Positions 11,881 through 22,302 of a stretch of DNA of 64,000 bases are shown piece by piece (the stretch's first letter is position 1; each line of letters opens with the position of its first letter). The notes under the pieces are model-generated. The model was not told the DNA's origin and searched no databases. It saw only the letters and a list, made by a program, of their open reading frames with translations. Location of the stretch: positions 266,342 through 330,341 of the forward strand of contig JAANOX010000081.1 of the NCBI GenBank assembly GCA_020184695.1, given 5' to 3'. The DNA comes from Histomonas meleagridis 2922-C6/04-290x. Its lineage: Eukaryota > Protista > Parabasalia. A program made the translations under genes and the position numbers.

Positions 11881-12004
11881 AATAGTCAAATTACTTCACA
11901 AAAAGGAATTGATATTAATGCTAAAGATATTAATTTATTTTATTTAAAATTTATTTTAATAATTTTGGATTTCAGAACAATGTTTGGAAATTATTTTTAC
12001 ATTT
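11881..12004 (+). pseudogene. Isolated degenerate ankyrin half-repeat with four micro-inserts
   Basis: QKGIDINAKD is followed by inserts at 11929-11945, 11949-11965, 11969-11985 (17 nt each) and 11989-12004 (16 nt), separated by codons AAA, TGG, GGA (KD-K-W-G-E). The upstream part is frameshifted and a stop follows shortly. Confidence 0.7.
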
Positions 12005-12148
12005 GAAAGAAGTTTAAAAAATTATTTGAAGTACATCATAAAAAATTGATAATTTTACTAATCATATACTGTATGTATAAAAAAATAAAACAAAACATTG
12101 AAAAAATATTCATTTCTTAAAATATTTAATACAAACAAAAAATAAAAT

Positions 12149-12565
12149 TCATATTTGACTGAATTTTTTCAATTTGTTGACCTCATTTTGAATCAATTTT
12201 TGTCTCTTTTGCTTGAATGCTTGTAACTCTGAGTGCTTCTTAAAGTGTATCTTAACAACAGCTTGGTAAAGCTTTTCTTCTTGATCAATCAATGGATCGT
12301 ATTTTGATGCATTTTGTGTATTCGACCATTTTTGCTTAAGTTTCTCAGCCATTTCTCTAATTTTTTCTCTGCGGGGATTCTTCCATGATTCCATTTTTGG
12401 TTGGATTATTTTAATCGCATTAAAATATGAGTTTACTAAATCCTCTAAATTTTTCATTTGTTTCCTAATACTTACTTTTTTAGCTTCAATCTGTATTGTA
12501 AGTTCCTTGTATCTTGAAAGTTCAATGGCAATCTGTTCTTGAATTTCATTCTGATTGTTTATCAT
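12149..12565 (-). CDS. Hypothetical coiled-coil protein
   Basis: 138-aa ATG-initiated ORF, K/E/Q-rich with helical character. Confidence 0.6.
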   Translation of the reverse strand: MINNQNEIQEQIAIELSRYKELTIQIEAKKVSIRKQMKNLEDLVNSYFNAIKIIQPKMESWKNPRREKIREMAEKLKQKWSNTQNASKYDPLIDQEEKLYQAVVKIHFKKHSELQAFKQKRQKLIQNEVNKLKKFSQI

Positions 12566-12828
12566 TTCGTAAAAATGTACGTTAAACAGTTTGGCAAAAA
12601 ATTCAAATTTGATAAAGTAAAAAAAAAATTAGTTAACATCATTACAATAGAGGGAGAATTTCATCATATGTTTTTTTTAAATCAATATATAAATGTATGC
12701 TATGGTTTATAGTAGCTATTCTTTTGATTTCATCATCAAAAATATCTAAAGGTTTCATTTCAAAATAGAAGTAATAACATAATGAGGATAATGATTGATA
12801 CAAAAAGAAGAAAATTATTCGATCTAAT

Positions 12829-13839
12829 TTAGTAAGAAATAAGTTGTTCATACAATTTTTCCACATTATTCATTATTGCTTTTGACGAAGCATATTTTGG
12901 AGGATTTGCAATATAAATTGTTGATATTATCTTTTTTAGTTTGTCTGTTGGAATCGAATAATTTGAACATATATAACAAACAATTAAAAGTGCCGCAAAA
13001 GAAACGCATTGGAACAATAATCCTTCGATTTGCTTTTGAGCTGGTCGAACCTTTGATTTAATTAATTGTTCCTTTGGAAGAAGTACATCGCTGTGAACCA
13101 CAACATGACTCTGTGCAAGCGAAATTACTTTTTCCAGAACCCAATCAACTGTAATTTCTTGTGAATTAGTTTCGTTCATGAAATCAATTTCGTTTTCTGA
13201 TTTCATTCCTGTCTTTGGATTTAGTTGAAATAAGTACTCGCTTGGAACATAACATGGCGAATATTCCTTAATAAAAAAGGCAACAAGAAAGAATTTGACG
13301 TTGTTTTGAATTCGACTTCCAAGGACTCGACATACTTGAGCAGACCCGATATATGAATGAAGAATTACTGCTAATGAGCCTATTTCTGGATCAGCATGAT
13401 CAGCCCTGTGCTTGATAACTGCTGGAGGTGGGTTGGTTAGTATGGGGAGCTGGAAAATTATGTTTTTGTTGGGTGATCTTATATTTGGCGGATGTATAAT
13501 GTTTTGATTTATTTTCTTTTGGCGAAGCTTTGGAGGGAGCTGACATGTGTTGACAATTATAGGAGATGGTTGATTGGATATATCATTATTTGATAATCGT
13601 GGACTTCTTCTTGGACTCTCTGTTTTAGTATTGAACATTTCACATAGCTGGTCTGTAGAAATTGATGTGTTTTGTATTGAATGAAAGTATCTTTGAATCA
13701 ATTTTCGTGTTTCTTTGGGATCATGTTCTGAGATTTCTTGAATTGTTTTATCATCTGGCTTATTTGGTTCAAGCCCTGTTTGAAGAATTAGGTGCCTTAT
13801 TGAAGCAAGTTGAGCCACTGTATAAGGTGAATTCTCCAT
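12829..13839 (-). CDS. Hypothetical protein
   Basis: Long ORF with first ATG at 13839 (the track's TTG start is two codons upstream). No confident domain. The true 3' end is uncertain because an overlapping frame continues to 12642. Confidence 0.7.
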   Translation of the reverse strand: MENSPYTVAQLASIRHLILQTGLEPNKPDDKTIQEISEHDPKETRKLIQRYFHSIQNTSISTDQLCEMFNTKTESPRRSPRLSNNDISNQPSPIIVNTCQLPPKLRQKKINQNIIHPPNIRSPNKNIIFQLPILTNPPPAVIKHRADHADPEIGSLAVILHSYIGSAQVCRVLGSRIQNNVKFFLVAFFIKEYSPCYVPSEYLFQLNPKTGMKSENEIDFMNETNSQEITVDWVLEKVISLAQSHVVVHSDVLLPKEQLIKSKVRPAQKQIEGLLFQCVSFAALLIVCYICSNYSIPTDKLKKIISTIYIANPPKYASSKAIMNNVEKLYEQLISY

Positions 13840-14362
13840 AACCAAATAAACGGACGTTTATTAATCAAAAAATGCAAACGGCCTCTAGCATAAATTTCGA
13901 TTTTCTTGCTATTTAATGTTTATTTATGGAAAATAAATACCAAAAAAATTTAAACATATTTAAGTGTATATTATTATGTTAAAAAATATTTAATAATTCT
14001 AATATTTGTCTAGTTTTGACAACATAACATTTTTATTGAGAACGTTTAAACGTAAACGTAATCCATTAACATCGTCAAAACCCCGCCAAAAACTATAAAC
14101 CAGTCAAATTAATAACGTTCAAAATTTTATGAAGAAAAAAGTCTAAAAGAGCATTAGAAGAAAAAAAAGAGTTTATTAAAAAGAGTACTTTGGCGTACAA
14201 GCCAAAAAAAAGAAAGTATTATTCCAATAAGTGTCACGAAGACATACATAATGGTATAATACAAAAAAAACTACACTAGGTAGAAAAAAAAGAGTAAATA
14301 ATAAGTTGTTTGTGGCTATACAAGCCGATGAAATATATATAATTGCATAAAAATGAAATCGA

Positions 14363-15442
14363 TTACATATTGTATGGCACGAAGCCAACAGTAATCGTTG
14401 GAGGAACAATCCTCTTTGGACGTAGAAACATTTGATTATTAATTACCTTCTTAGGATTGCATTCCAAAGAAACTTTAGTCAAATCATTCATAAATGATTC
14501 GAGCGAAATTGATGTTTCACATGAAAAGAATGGGTGAGCTAAAATCTCTGAAGCCGTAGGACGCTTAGATGGATCTAAGCTTAGCATTTTCTCGAGCAAA
14601 TCAATTATGCAATAATATTGATTTGGTAAATTATCCTCGAGATATTTGTGGAGAACGGACTCATTATGGCACAAGCTTACAAAAATTTGAGAGTTTGGGT
14701 AATTGGCAAATTCTGGCCAATTGTTAATATTGGGCGATCCACAAATGTTGAAAATTGACATAAGGCGCGAAACCTCGTCTGAACTTGTGGAGTTAAAAAG
14801 AGTTTTCCCTGTGATAAGGGTGAAGAATAAGCATCCTAAGCTCCAAATATCAATTGCAGTTGTATAGTTACTATCATGCATTAGAAGCTCAGGAGCGCGG
14901 TAACTCATTGTAACAACATTACATGTTAATGGTTTGCTAGTGTGATCAAGAGATCTTGCAAGACCAAAATCTGCTATTTTAGCATCGCCGTTGGAATCAA
15001 TGAGAATATTTGCAGGCTTGACATCTCTATGGGCAATGTTTTTAGAGTGTAAGTAGCTTATAGCATTTAAAGTTTGCATCATGTATTTTTTTACACTTTC
15101 ATAGGAAAGCCCATGACCTCCTTTTAAAAGAGTATTTAAGTCACACTCACAGCATTCTAATACCAGATAAACTTGATGACTTTCTTGGCACTTAATAATT
15201 TTTTTAAGGGAAACAATATTTTCATGTGAATTATTTAAAAGAAATTTTGATTCCCTATAATACGCCATTGGTAGGCCCTGCATTTTGTCAAATATCTTCA
15301 CTTTTTTTAAAGCAACAATTTCGCCAGTAAATTTATCTCTTGCTTTATAAACAGTACTATAGCACCCAGAACCCAATTCTTGTATTATGTCATATTGAGA
15401 ATCAATTGATCCTCCTCCTGGGTCAGGAATCCGAGAAGACAT
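14363..15442 (-). CDS. CMGC-family cyclin-dependent-like protein kinase
   Basis: Motifs GSGCYSTV, VALKK, HRDVKPANIL, DFGLAR, VVTMSYRAPELL, DIWSLGC. Confidence 0.93.
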   Translation of the reverse strand: MSSRIPDPGGGSIDSQYDIIQELGSGCYSTVYKARDKFTGEIVALKKVKIFDKMQGLPMAYYRESKFLLNNSHENIVSLKKIIKCQESHQVYLVLECCECDLNTLLKGGHGLSYESVKKYMMQTLNAISYLHSKNIAHRDVKPANILIDSNGDAKIADFGLARSLDHTSKPLTCNVVTMSYRAPELLMHDSNYTTAIDIWSLGCLFFTLITGKTLFNSTSSDEVSRLMSIFNICGSPNINNWPEFANYPNSQIFVSLCHNESVLHKYLEDNLPNQYYCIIDLLEKMLSLDPSKRPTASEILAHPFFSCETSISLESFMNDLTKVSLECNPKKVINNQMFLRPKRIVPPTITVGFVPYNM

Positions 15443-15774
15443 TTACTTAATTACTTTTACAAACCTCCGACCAAACAGAAAAATTTGTGGGCAAAACGGT
15501 TTTCGGAAATCTTCACGATTAAAAAGGCTTCAAAGTTTGTGATTTATTATGAAAAAGTTGATTCGAATTGTGCAAAAACCGTTTTAAATGAATTCCGAAA
15601 CAAAAAAAATTGAAGCAAACAGACCAAACACTGAGGGGATCATAAAAAATTAATATCGTAAATGTCCAAAATGAATTACCTTTATGAGATGATACTCTAT
15701 TCTTTGAATTTATGTGGAAATGTGATATTGTTATAAAAAATAAGAAAGCTTTGAAGAAAAAGAATACGACATCT

Positions 15775-16344
15775 TTAATCAATTTCTAAACAACTATATT
15801 CTAACTTGAATGAATTTCTTTGTCTTACGCACCATCCAGCACTTGTATTATGATCAAAATACTCAAACTTACCAATTTCATACTGCGGCGTTACCTCCGT
15901 TGGTTCGCCAACTCTGTGAAACCATGTTTGATATTTTGTGTGAAATCTCCATCCGCGTTGTTTTAATTCTCGACCTGCGAAATACTGTTGTGATGTTCCT
16001 TGGAAGTAAAAAAATATGTAAAACAACGTTGATATGTCAAACCGACAGAAAAACTCGGGCTGAAGCAATTTTACATTTGGCATCTGTGGGAATGTTGATG
16101 GTGTATCAACAGGATGTTGTGGCTTGAAATCACATAATTCATAAGGAACATCTGGAATTAAATCGGCTGCCATAGATAAGGCATGTGCAAATTCTTGTTG
16201 AGACATATCTGTTTGCATAAGTTGTTCGGGACTTTTGATTTCAACTTGTTGAAAGAGAGGTATGCGTTGGTTTTTTGCCCCTTGATTATCATCAATTCCA
16301 GATTTTTTATCGAGTGATCTTCTGTTTGCATTCCCCCTGCTCAT
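15775..16344 (-). CDS. NOT2/NOT3/NOT5 C-terminal (NOT-box) domain protein, CCR4-NOT subunit
   Basis: FDISTLFYIFFY...QQYFAGRELKQRGWRFHTKYQTWF...EIGKFEYFD matches the NOT-box. First in-frame ATG is at 16344. Confidence 0.88.
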   Translation of the reverse strand: MSRGNANRRSLDKKSGIDDNQGAKNQRIPLFQQVEIKSPEQLMQTDMSQQEFAHALSMAADLIPDVPYELCDFKPQHPVDTPSTFPQMPNVKLLQPEFFCRFDISTLFYIFFYFQGTSQQYFAGRELKQRGWRFHTKYQTWFHRVGEPTEVTPQYEIGKFEYFDHNTSAGWCVRQRNSFKLEYSCLEID

Positions 16345-16839
16345 CCCGATGACAGTTTTTTTCACAAGTAGTTTATAAAAAGTGTCATTATTAATATCAT
16401 TAGTTTTTAAAGAGTTTGCATCTTTTTAAATAATTTTTTGGGAATTTTAGGGTATCTTCATGCTCTTAAGTACTAAGCATTAATGCATGTTAGTATATAT
16501 AGAATATTTTTTTTTTAAATTGTAATCAAAATAGGAAATTTGTGAAAACATTAAAAAAATTTAATTAAGTTATTTATTTTATTATTTTTATAAATTGAAG
16601 CTTGAATAATTGTTTTTAATTTTTTATTGGTCAGATCCTTCGATCTAAGGATTCTCATAAATCGTTTTAGTTTTGATTTTGTTGATTCCTATATTTTTAA
16701 TTTCTATGTATAAGAAAAATCCATACATAAATTTTTGAGGGAAATGTGTTTTTGTTTAAGATACTTTTTGGAAGTATTTAGGTTTTTTTTACTAAAATTT
16801 TGAAGAACACACTTTATTAAAATTGACCAAAATAAGGGT

Positions 16840-17579
16840 ACGGGTCCTATTCTAATTTTCTTATGAATTTTATATATTTTATTCATAATTAAATAACATA
16901 TGATGTATTTCATTATATATATCTTTTTTTATTCCATAACCAATTCTAAATAAAGATATTTATATTTTCATTTTTTTGTATTAAAAATGATCGGTGCAAT
17001 TAGATTTCAGTTTCTAAATCAAATAAACTATTCAAATATGTACATTTGGTAAAGTTGAAGTGATCCTTTAACGTATAATTTTAGTGAAAAAGTCAACCCT
17101 GTCTCAGAAATCAGAAAAAGATTACCTGATTGGCTACAGGTCTCATTTTTATAGATATCAAATAAATAAACATATTATATAGAAATGCTATAAAAAAACT
17201 AATTTTTTAGAAGACAGAATTTTGATATCTATTATCATTATCAAAATAATTGCAAAATAATTTTCTGACTTCTCAATTTTAACTAGAAAGTCAATAATTC
17301 TCTTATGAAAAATTGATTATTTTTAATATGCAAAATAATATATAATGAAATATATAAAACACCTATTATCATATGCGTAAACCAATTTTATATGAAGATA
17401 TATTTATTTTTAAGTGTCAAATCTTCAAATATAAGTTTTTGTCTTATAAAGATATAAAAATATTATCTACTGTTATTATTAATCTTTGATATATATTTTT
17501 TAAAAATTAATATAATGAAAACAACGAGATAATTATATTCTATTTGATGTCAAACGACCGTTTAGAGAATAGGACCCGT
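16840..17579. mobile_element. Possible non-autonomous TIR element relic
   Basis: Perfect 14-bp inverted repeat ACGGGTCCTATTCT (16840-16853) / AGAATAGGACCCGT (17566-17579) around AT-rich non-coding DNA. No clean target-site duplication. Confidence 0.3.
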
Positions 17580-17734
17580 TCTTAAATAAGGGAACCTCTG
17601 TTTTTCATTAAGTATTTTAACTATTTTTCTGTAACCATTTTCGTTTGCTATGCGATATGCTTTAACAAATAAAAATTATTATTTATAAATATTGTTTTGA
17701 AATATCAGAATATTGTAATAAACAATTTATAAAA

Positions 17735-19933
17735 CTAACAAACAGATGAATTATCAAAATTCTCATGATCAATAAGTAATTTTACTATTTTTGAATGCCC
17801 GTTTTTAGCAGCAAATATTAGTGCTGTATTAAATATAAAAAATATTTTGTAAATATTATATTCCAATTTTCAAATATTGGTACAAACTTTAATTTAAATA
17901 TTTAAATATCTTTGGCATTAACATTAATTCCTTTATGCGCAAGAAGAAGCTTTGCTACCTCAGTATGACCTAGTAGAGATGCATGCATAAGAGGTGTTCT
18001 AAATAATTTAAATAAATAAAAAATAATATTTACAAATTCTTAATTATTGAAATAAATATTGTGTTAATAAAATAAATATCCTTGGTATCAATATCAATTC
18101 CTTTATGTTCAAGAAGTAATTTAACAATTTCTGGATAACATTTTTTCGATGCTATTAGAAGTGGAGAATAAAAAAAATCATATAAATTCCATGTATATTT
18201 TTGAAATATTAAACTATTATGATAAATTTTATGTAAAGAAAATAAATGGTTTTAAGATTTACATTAATTCCTTTATGATCAAGAAGTAATTTAACTATAT
18301 CTGTGTCACCATGCGAAGATGCAAAATAAAGGATTGTTTCAAAAAAATAAAATGAATTCCGAATACTATTTTTGAATAGTTTGAAATTAACAAAGCAAAT
18401 ATTAAATGAAACGAACAAATATCTTTATAATTAACATCAATTCCTTTTTGTTGGAGAAGTAATTGAACTATTTCTGTATGACCAAATAAATATGCATAAA
18501 GAAGAGCTGTTTTAAATATTTTAAGTAATTTTGAAATATTATTTTGAAACGAAGAATTATTATAATAAAATCCAAATGAAACGAACAAATATCTTTAGAA
18601 TTAACATTAATTCCTTTTTGTTGAAGAAGTAATTTAACAGTTTCTGTCAACCCATTTCTAGATGCATACATAAGTGCTGTTGCAAATCATTTAAATGATT
18701 TCCAAATATTATTTTAAAATACAATATTATTAAAATAATCACTAAACATAATAAAAAAATATCACATGCATTTATATCTACTCCTTTTTGTTCTAAAATA
18801 TTTTTAACAAGTTCAATGTTTCCCGATTCTGATGAAAATAATAAAATATCCTTTGGAATTGGATTGCTTTGAAGGAAATATTTAACAAGATACAAGTTTC
18901 CATGTGTTGCTGACTTATTAATTATAGAATCATCAATTTTCATTCCTTCTTTTTCCAAAAATAATAAAGTACTATAATTACCACTTTGAACACAAAAGAT
19001 ACCCAAACTATTAATGTTTTTTGAACCACCTGATTGAAAGGTAACCCTCGTTAATGGTTTTAATAATAATGGATTTGGAACTGATAATGTGATGAGACCT
19101 GAAATATTTTCAACCAAATTTTCTAATTTATTTTCATAAAGATAATGAAAGATGTCATTTCGATGAAATTTAATTGCTGCTTCATAGGCACCATCAAATG
19201 TTGAATGATTTTGTTCACATAAATGAATGATTTCAAGATTGCCGCCTGCAACAGCATATTTACCTGTATTACTTACATTTGCATGATTTAATAATAAATA
19301 TTTAAAACAATTAACTGATCTAAAAAATGCTGCATAATCAATTAACGAAACATCTATACTGTTAATAAAATCACACATTTCATATGGTGATGGTTTAATC
19401 CTTTGATTAAAATCGAAATCATTTTGCGATGATATTTCTTGAAGTTTTTGGATTTCATCATTTTGAATTATTTTCGCAATTTCAGTCGGATTATGTTTTT
19501 CTTTAATTAATTGCTCATGAATTTCAATATTATTCTTTGGAGCTTCACTACAATTTTGTTTGGAATAAAATTTTTCTTCCATCTTTTTAATATTTTCAAT
19601 GAATTTTTTTATGATTTTAGAATTGTTTATTTTAATTTCTTCTTCTTTATTTTGAAGTATCTCTAAATATTTTAAATATGTTGGTTTGATATCTGCTTTT
19701 GTGTAAAACGAAAAATAAATCAAATTGTAAATAACTAGATTAAATGTATCTGGAAAATTTGCATCAAATAAATTCATTGTTTGCTCAATGGATGTTTCAA
19801 GATTTTTTTCATTTAAATTAAATATGATTTGCTCAAGTGATGTGAGCAATTCCATATATTTAGATTTTTGATCAGAACCACATCTTGCTTTTGAACCTAT
19901 AAAATTGGTATGGTCTTGAACCTTTTCTTGCAT
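17735..19933 (-). CDS. DUF3447-type ankyrin-repeat protein interrupted by 24 x 17-nt non-GT-AG inserts; 596 aa if removed
   Basis: The N-terminal region (CFKYLLLN, AVAGGNLEIIHLCEQ) resembles trichomonad ankyrin families. Six insert clusters lie at 18684-18760, 18514-18590, 18341-18420, 18171-18247, 18001-18077 and 17831-17907. Each is four 17-mers plus retained codons. 2199-408=1791 nt, an open frame ending at TAG 17735-17737. Confidence 0.85.
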
Positions 19934-20390
19934 TCAAGCAATGGATTAAACGTATTTTAAATATTGAAAATTTTAGTAAAGCTATCAAAATCAAATTTGT
20001 ATATTATTAAATCATTTGCAAATAAGTAAACACTTGCATATGCTTTTATTACCAACAAATAAAATTTTATTCAAAAATTCTTCTCCAGTGATGTTGAACA
20101 TTTGATATTATCTCAAAAGGAAGAGAAGAAAAAAATTTAATAGTTATCTTTACAAGGAGTACGAATCACTTGGAAGTCGGCAACGAATGTGTGAGATAGA
20201 TCTATTAATTATTTTGGAAATAACAAATTAGAAAAATTATGCAATCAATAAAAATTTGAACTTGATCAAATAACTGAACAATTACCTTATGAAATTAGTT
20301 TCCTCATTGGTTATTTGCATAAATATTTTTTGTATAATCAAAATAGATTTATATGAAAGAGAGAAAAATAAGAAATGTGATGTGAAATCT

Positions 20391-21920
20391 ATGTCTTCCA
20401 AACTCCGCAAAGCAAAATCTCCCAGCTTTCGATCTCATGCAAGTGGTGGGCAGCAAAGAATAAGAAATCAAGCAGCCTCTTCACAAAATAAAAAAATTGC
20501 GCTTCAACCAATATCACCCAAAACCAATGAAATTGATGATGAAACTCAACCAATTTCTGATTTCCCATCTCCTCCTGTTCAAATAGTTTCGTGTAGGCAT
20601 GGAATGTCTGGTGTTATGGTTCAACTTCCTTCTCTTGCGTCAGCTGCAAAAGGAGAAATTCCACAACTTGCATTTAAAAAACTCAAACAATGCTGCCACA
20701 TTTGCGATTTTTCGGAAGCCGACAGAGATGTTAGTTATAAAGCCACAAAAAAAGCTACATTAAATGAATTAATTGATTGTTATTCTAATCCAAAAACATT
20801 TTCACGCCTTACACGTGAATGCCATCAACAACTTATAGAAATGTTTTCTGTCAATGTTTTTCGTCCACCTCCAAGCATTCCACGAGAAATCTTAGTATCT
20901 GATGAAGTTACAATCGAAGACACAGCGTGGCCTCACTTACAACTTGTGTACATTCTATTTCTTAAGTTTCTTGATTGCAGTGTTGATCCACGTATCCTTC
21001 AATATCAATTATCACCTAAGTTCATTTCCAACATTTTTGCCGTTTTGGACTTCCCTGATGAAAGAGAGAGAGGACAAGCTAAAGCAGTCATCTCGTCCAT
21101 CTTTAACAAGGTGCCACCACAACGTCAGCTGCTTTTCAACGTGACCGTTAATTTACTTTTGAGCGTTCCCGACGGTTTTGAACTCAATGCCGCATCAAAT
21201 CTTCTTGAGCTTTTTTATCTTTTTACGGAAGGTAGTCCACCGCCTTTAACACCTGCTATGGTTACTGCTTTCAATAAGGTTTTGTTACCTCTTCATCTTC
21301 CTTCAAGATGTCAACGGTATTTTCCACCATTAGTTAAATGTATTTTATTAATGATTAGAAAAGATGCCAGACTTGGCAATAATTTGTTGTCGTTCTTAAT
21401 ATCACATTGGCCATTAACATTAGATCATAAAGCAGAATTATTTCTGGACGAGATTTTACAAATGATTAGAGAAACAGTACCAAAGTTTATTAGCAGTAAT
21501 ATAAAAGGTTTGTTTACATGCGTTTCAATTGCTGCAGAGTCACCTTCAATGAACTTGGCTGGAAAAGCTCTTAATTTTTTATTGGATAACAAAATTAAAA
21601 ATTTTATTGTCGAACAGCCACACTTACTTTTGGGAATAGTCTTCCCTGCTTTGTTTAGGGTAGCTCGTGGACATTGGCATCGAAATGTTCAAGTGACCGC
21701 ATTAAATGTGATGAACACTCTTATGGAACTGGACCCAGAGTCCTTTAAACAAGTGGCTCTGGAGTTCAAAATGAGCTCTTTGAATGAGAAATACACAAAA
21801 CAGATGAAATTGAAATTATGGAAATCTGTTGTCAAAGTTGCCTCAAAAAATGATGACTCATTCGACCCTAAGGCTGTAAAGGCAGAGATATCCAACTTTT
21901 ATACTGGAAAATTTGTTTGA
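20391..21920 (+). CDS. Protein phosphatase 2A regulatory subunit B' (B56 family)
   Basis: Motifs KLKQCCHICDF, KKATLNELID, MFSVNVFRPPP, AWPHLQLVY, HWPLT, HWHRNV. Start could be 20289 or, more likely, 20391. Confidence 0.93.
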   Translation: MSSKLRKAKSPSFRSHASGGQQRIRNQAASSQNKKIALQPISPKTNEIDDETQPISDFPSPPVQIVSCRHGMSGVMVQLPSLASAAKGEIPQLAFKKLKQCCHICDFSEADRDVSYKATKKATLNELIDCYSNPKTFSRLTRECHQQLIEMFSVNVFRPPPSIPREILVSDEVTIEDTAWPHLQLVYILFLKFLDCSVDPRILQYQLSPKFISNIFAVLDFPDERERGQAKAVISSIFNKVPPQRQLLFNVTVNLLLSVPDGFELNAASNLLELFYLFTEGSPPPLTPAMVTAFNKVLLPLHLPSRCQRYFPPLVKCILLMIRKDARLGNNLLSFLISHWPLTLDHKAELFLDEILQMIRETVPKFISSNIKGLFTCVSIAAESPSMNLAGKALNFLLDNKIKNFIVEQPHLLLGIVFPALFRVARGHWHRNVQVTALNVMNTLMELDPESFKQVALEFKMSSLNEKYTKQMKLKLWKSVVKVASKNDDSFDPKAVKAEISNFYTGKFV

Positions 21921-22302
21921 TATAAATTTGTATATAAATCTATTTTTAGCGAAATCCATTTGTTTTTGATAAAATTTATGTTTGCGTTTGAATCCTTTAG
22001 AATATGAAACATGGAATAAATTTTATTGAAAAGAAATTAAATTTCATATTCTTTGTAAAATAGAAATTGAAATATTAAATTCGTAAGCTTAATGAGGGCT
22101 TTTGCTTTTTTAGTGAATTATTTTTCTTTAGTAATTTTATGAACATTCCATACATACATTAAAAATGTAAATTTTATAACAATTTGTCTTCAAAAACAAA
22201 ATAATCCCAAAAGACATTTAAAGTATAATTTGCCTTTTTCTATAGTATTCATGTCCTAGAAATAAGCAGAGAGTTCATTCATTTAGAGTACGTTTAAAAT
22301 TA

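Noticed and set aside
12642-12866. Possible 3' continuation of the 12829-13839 gene via micro-inserts (ATTTCTTACTAAATT... follows the last good codon)
   Set aside because: Several parses are possible and there is no protein consensus to choose among them. Worth checking only if RNA data exist.
17735-19933. Sequencing error or random pseudogene decay as the cause of the fragmentation
   Set aside because: Coding modules are free of stops and indels, while interruptions are exact multiples of 17 nt at the same structural site in several loci on both strands. Errors would not produce this.
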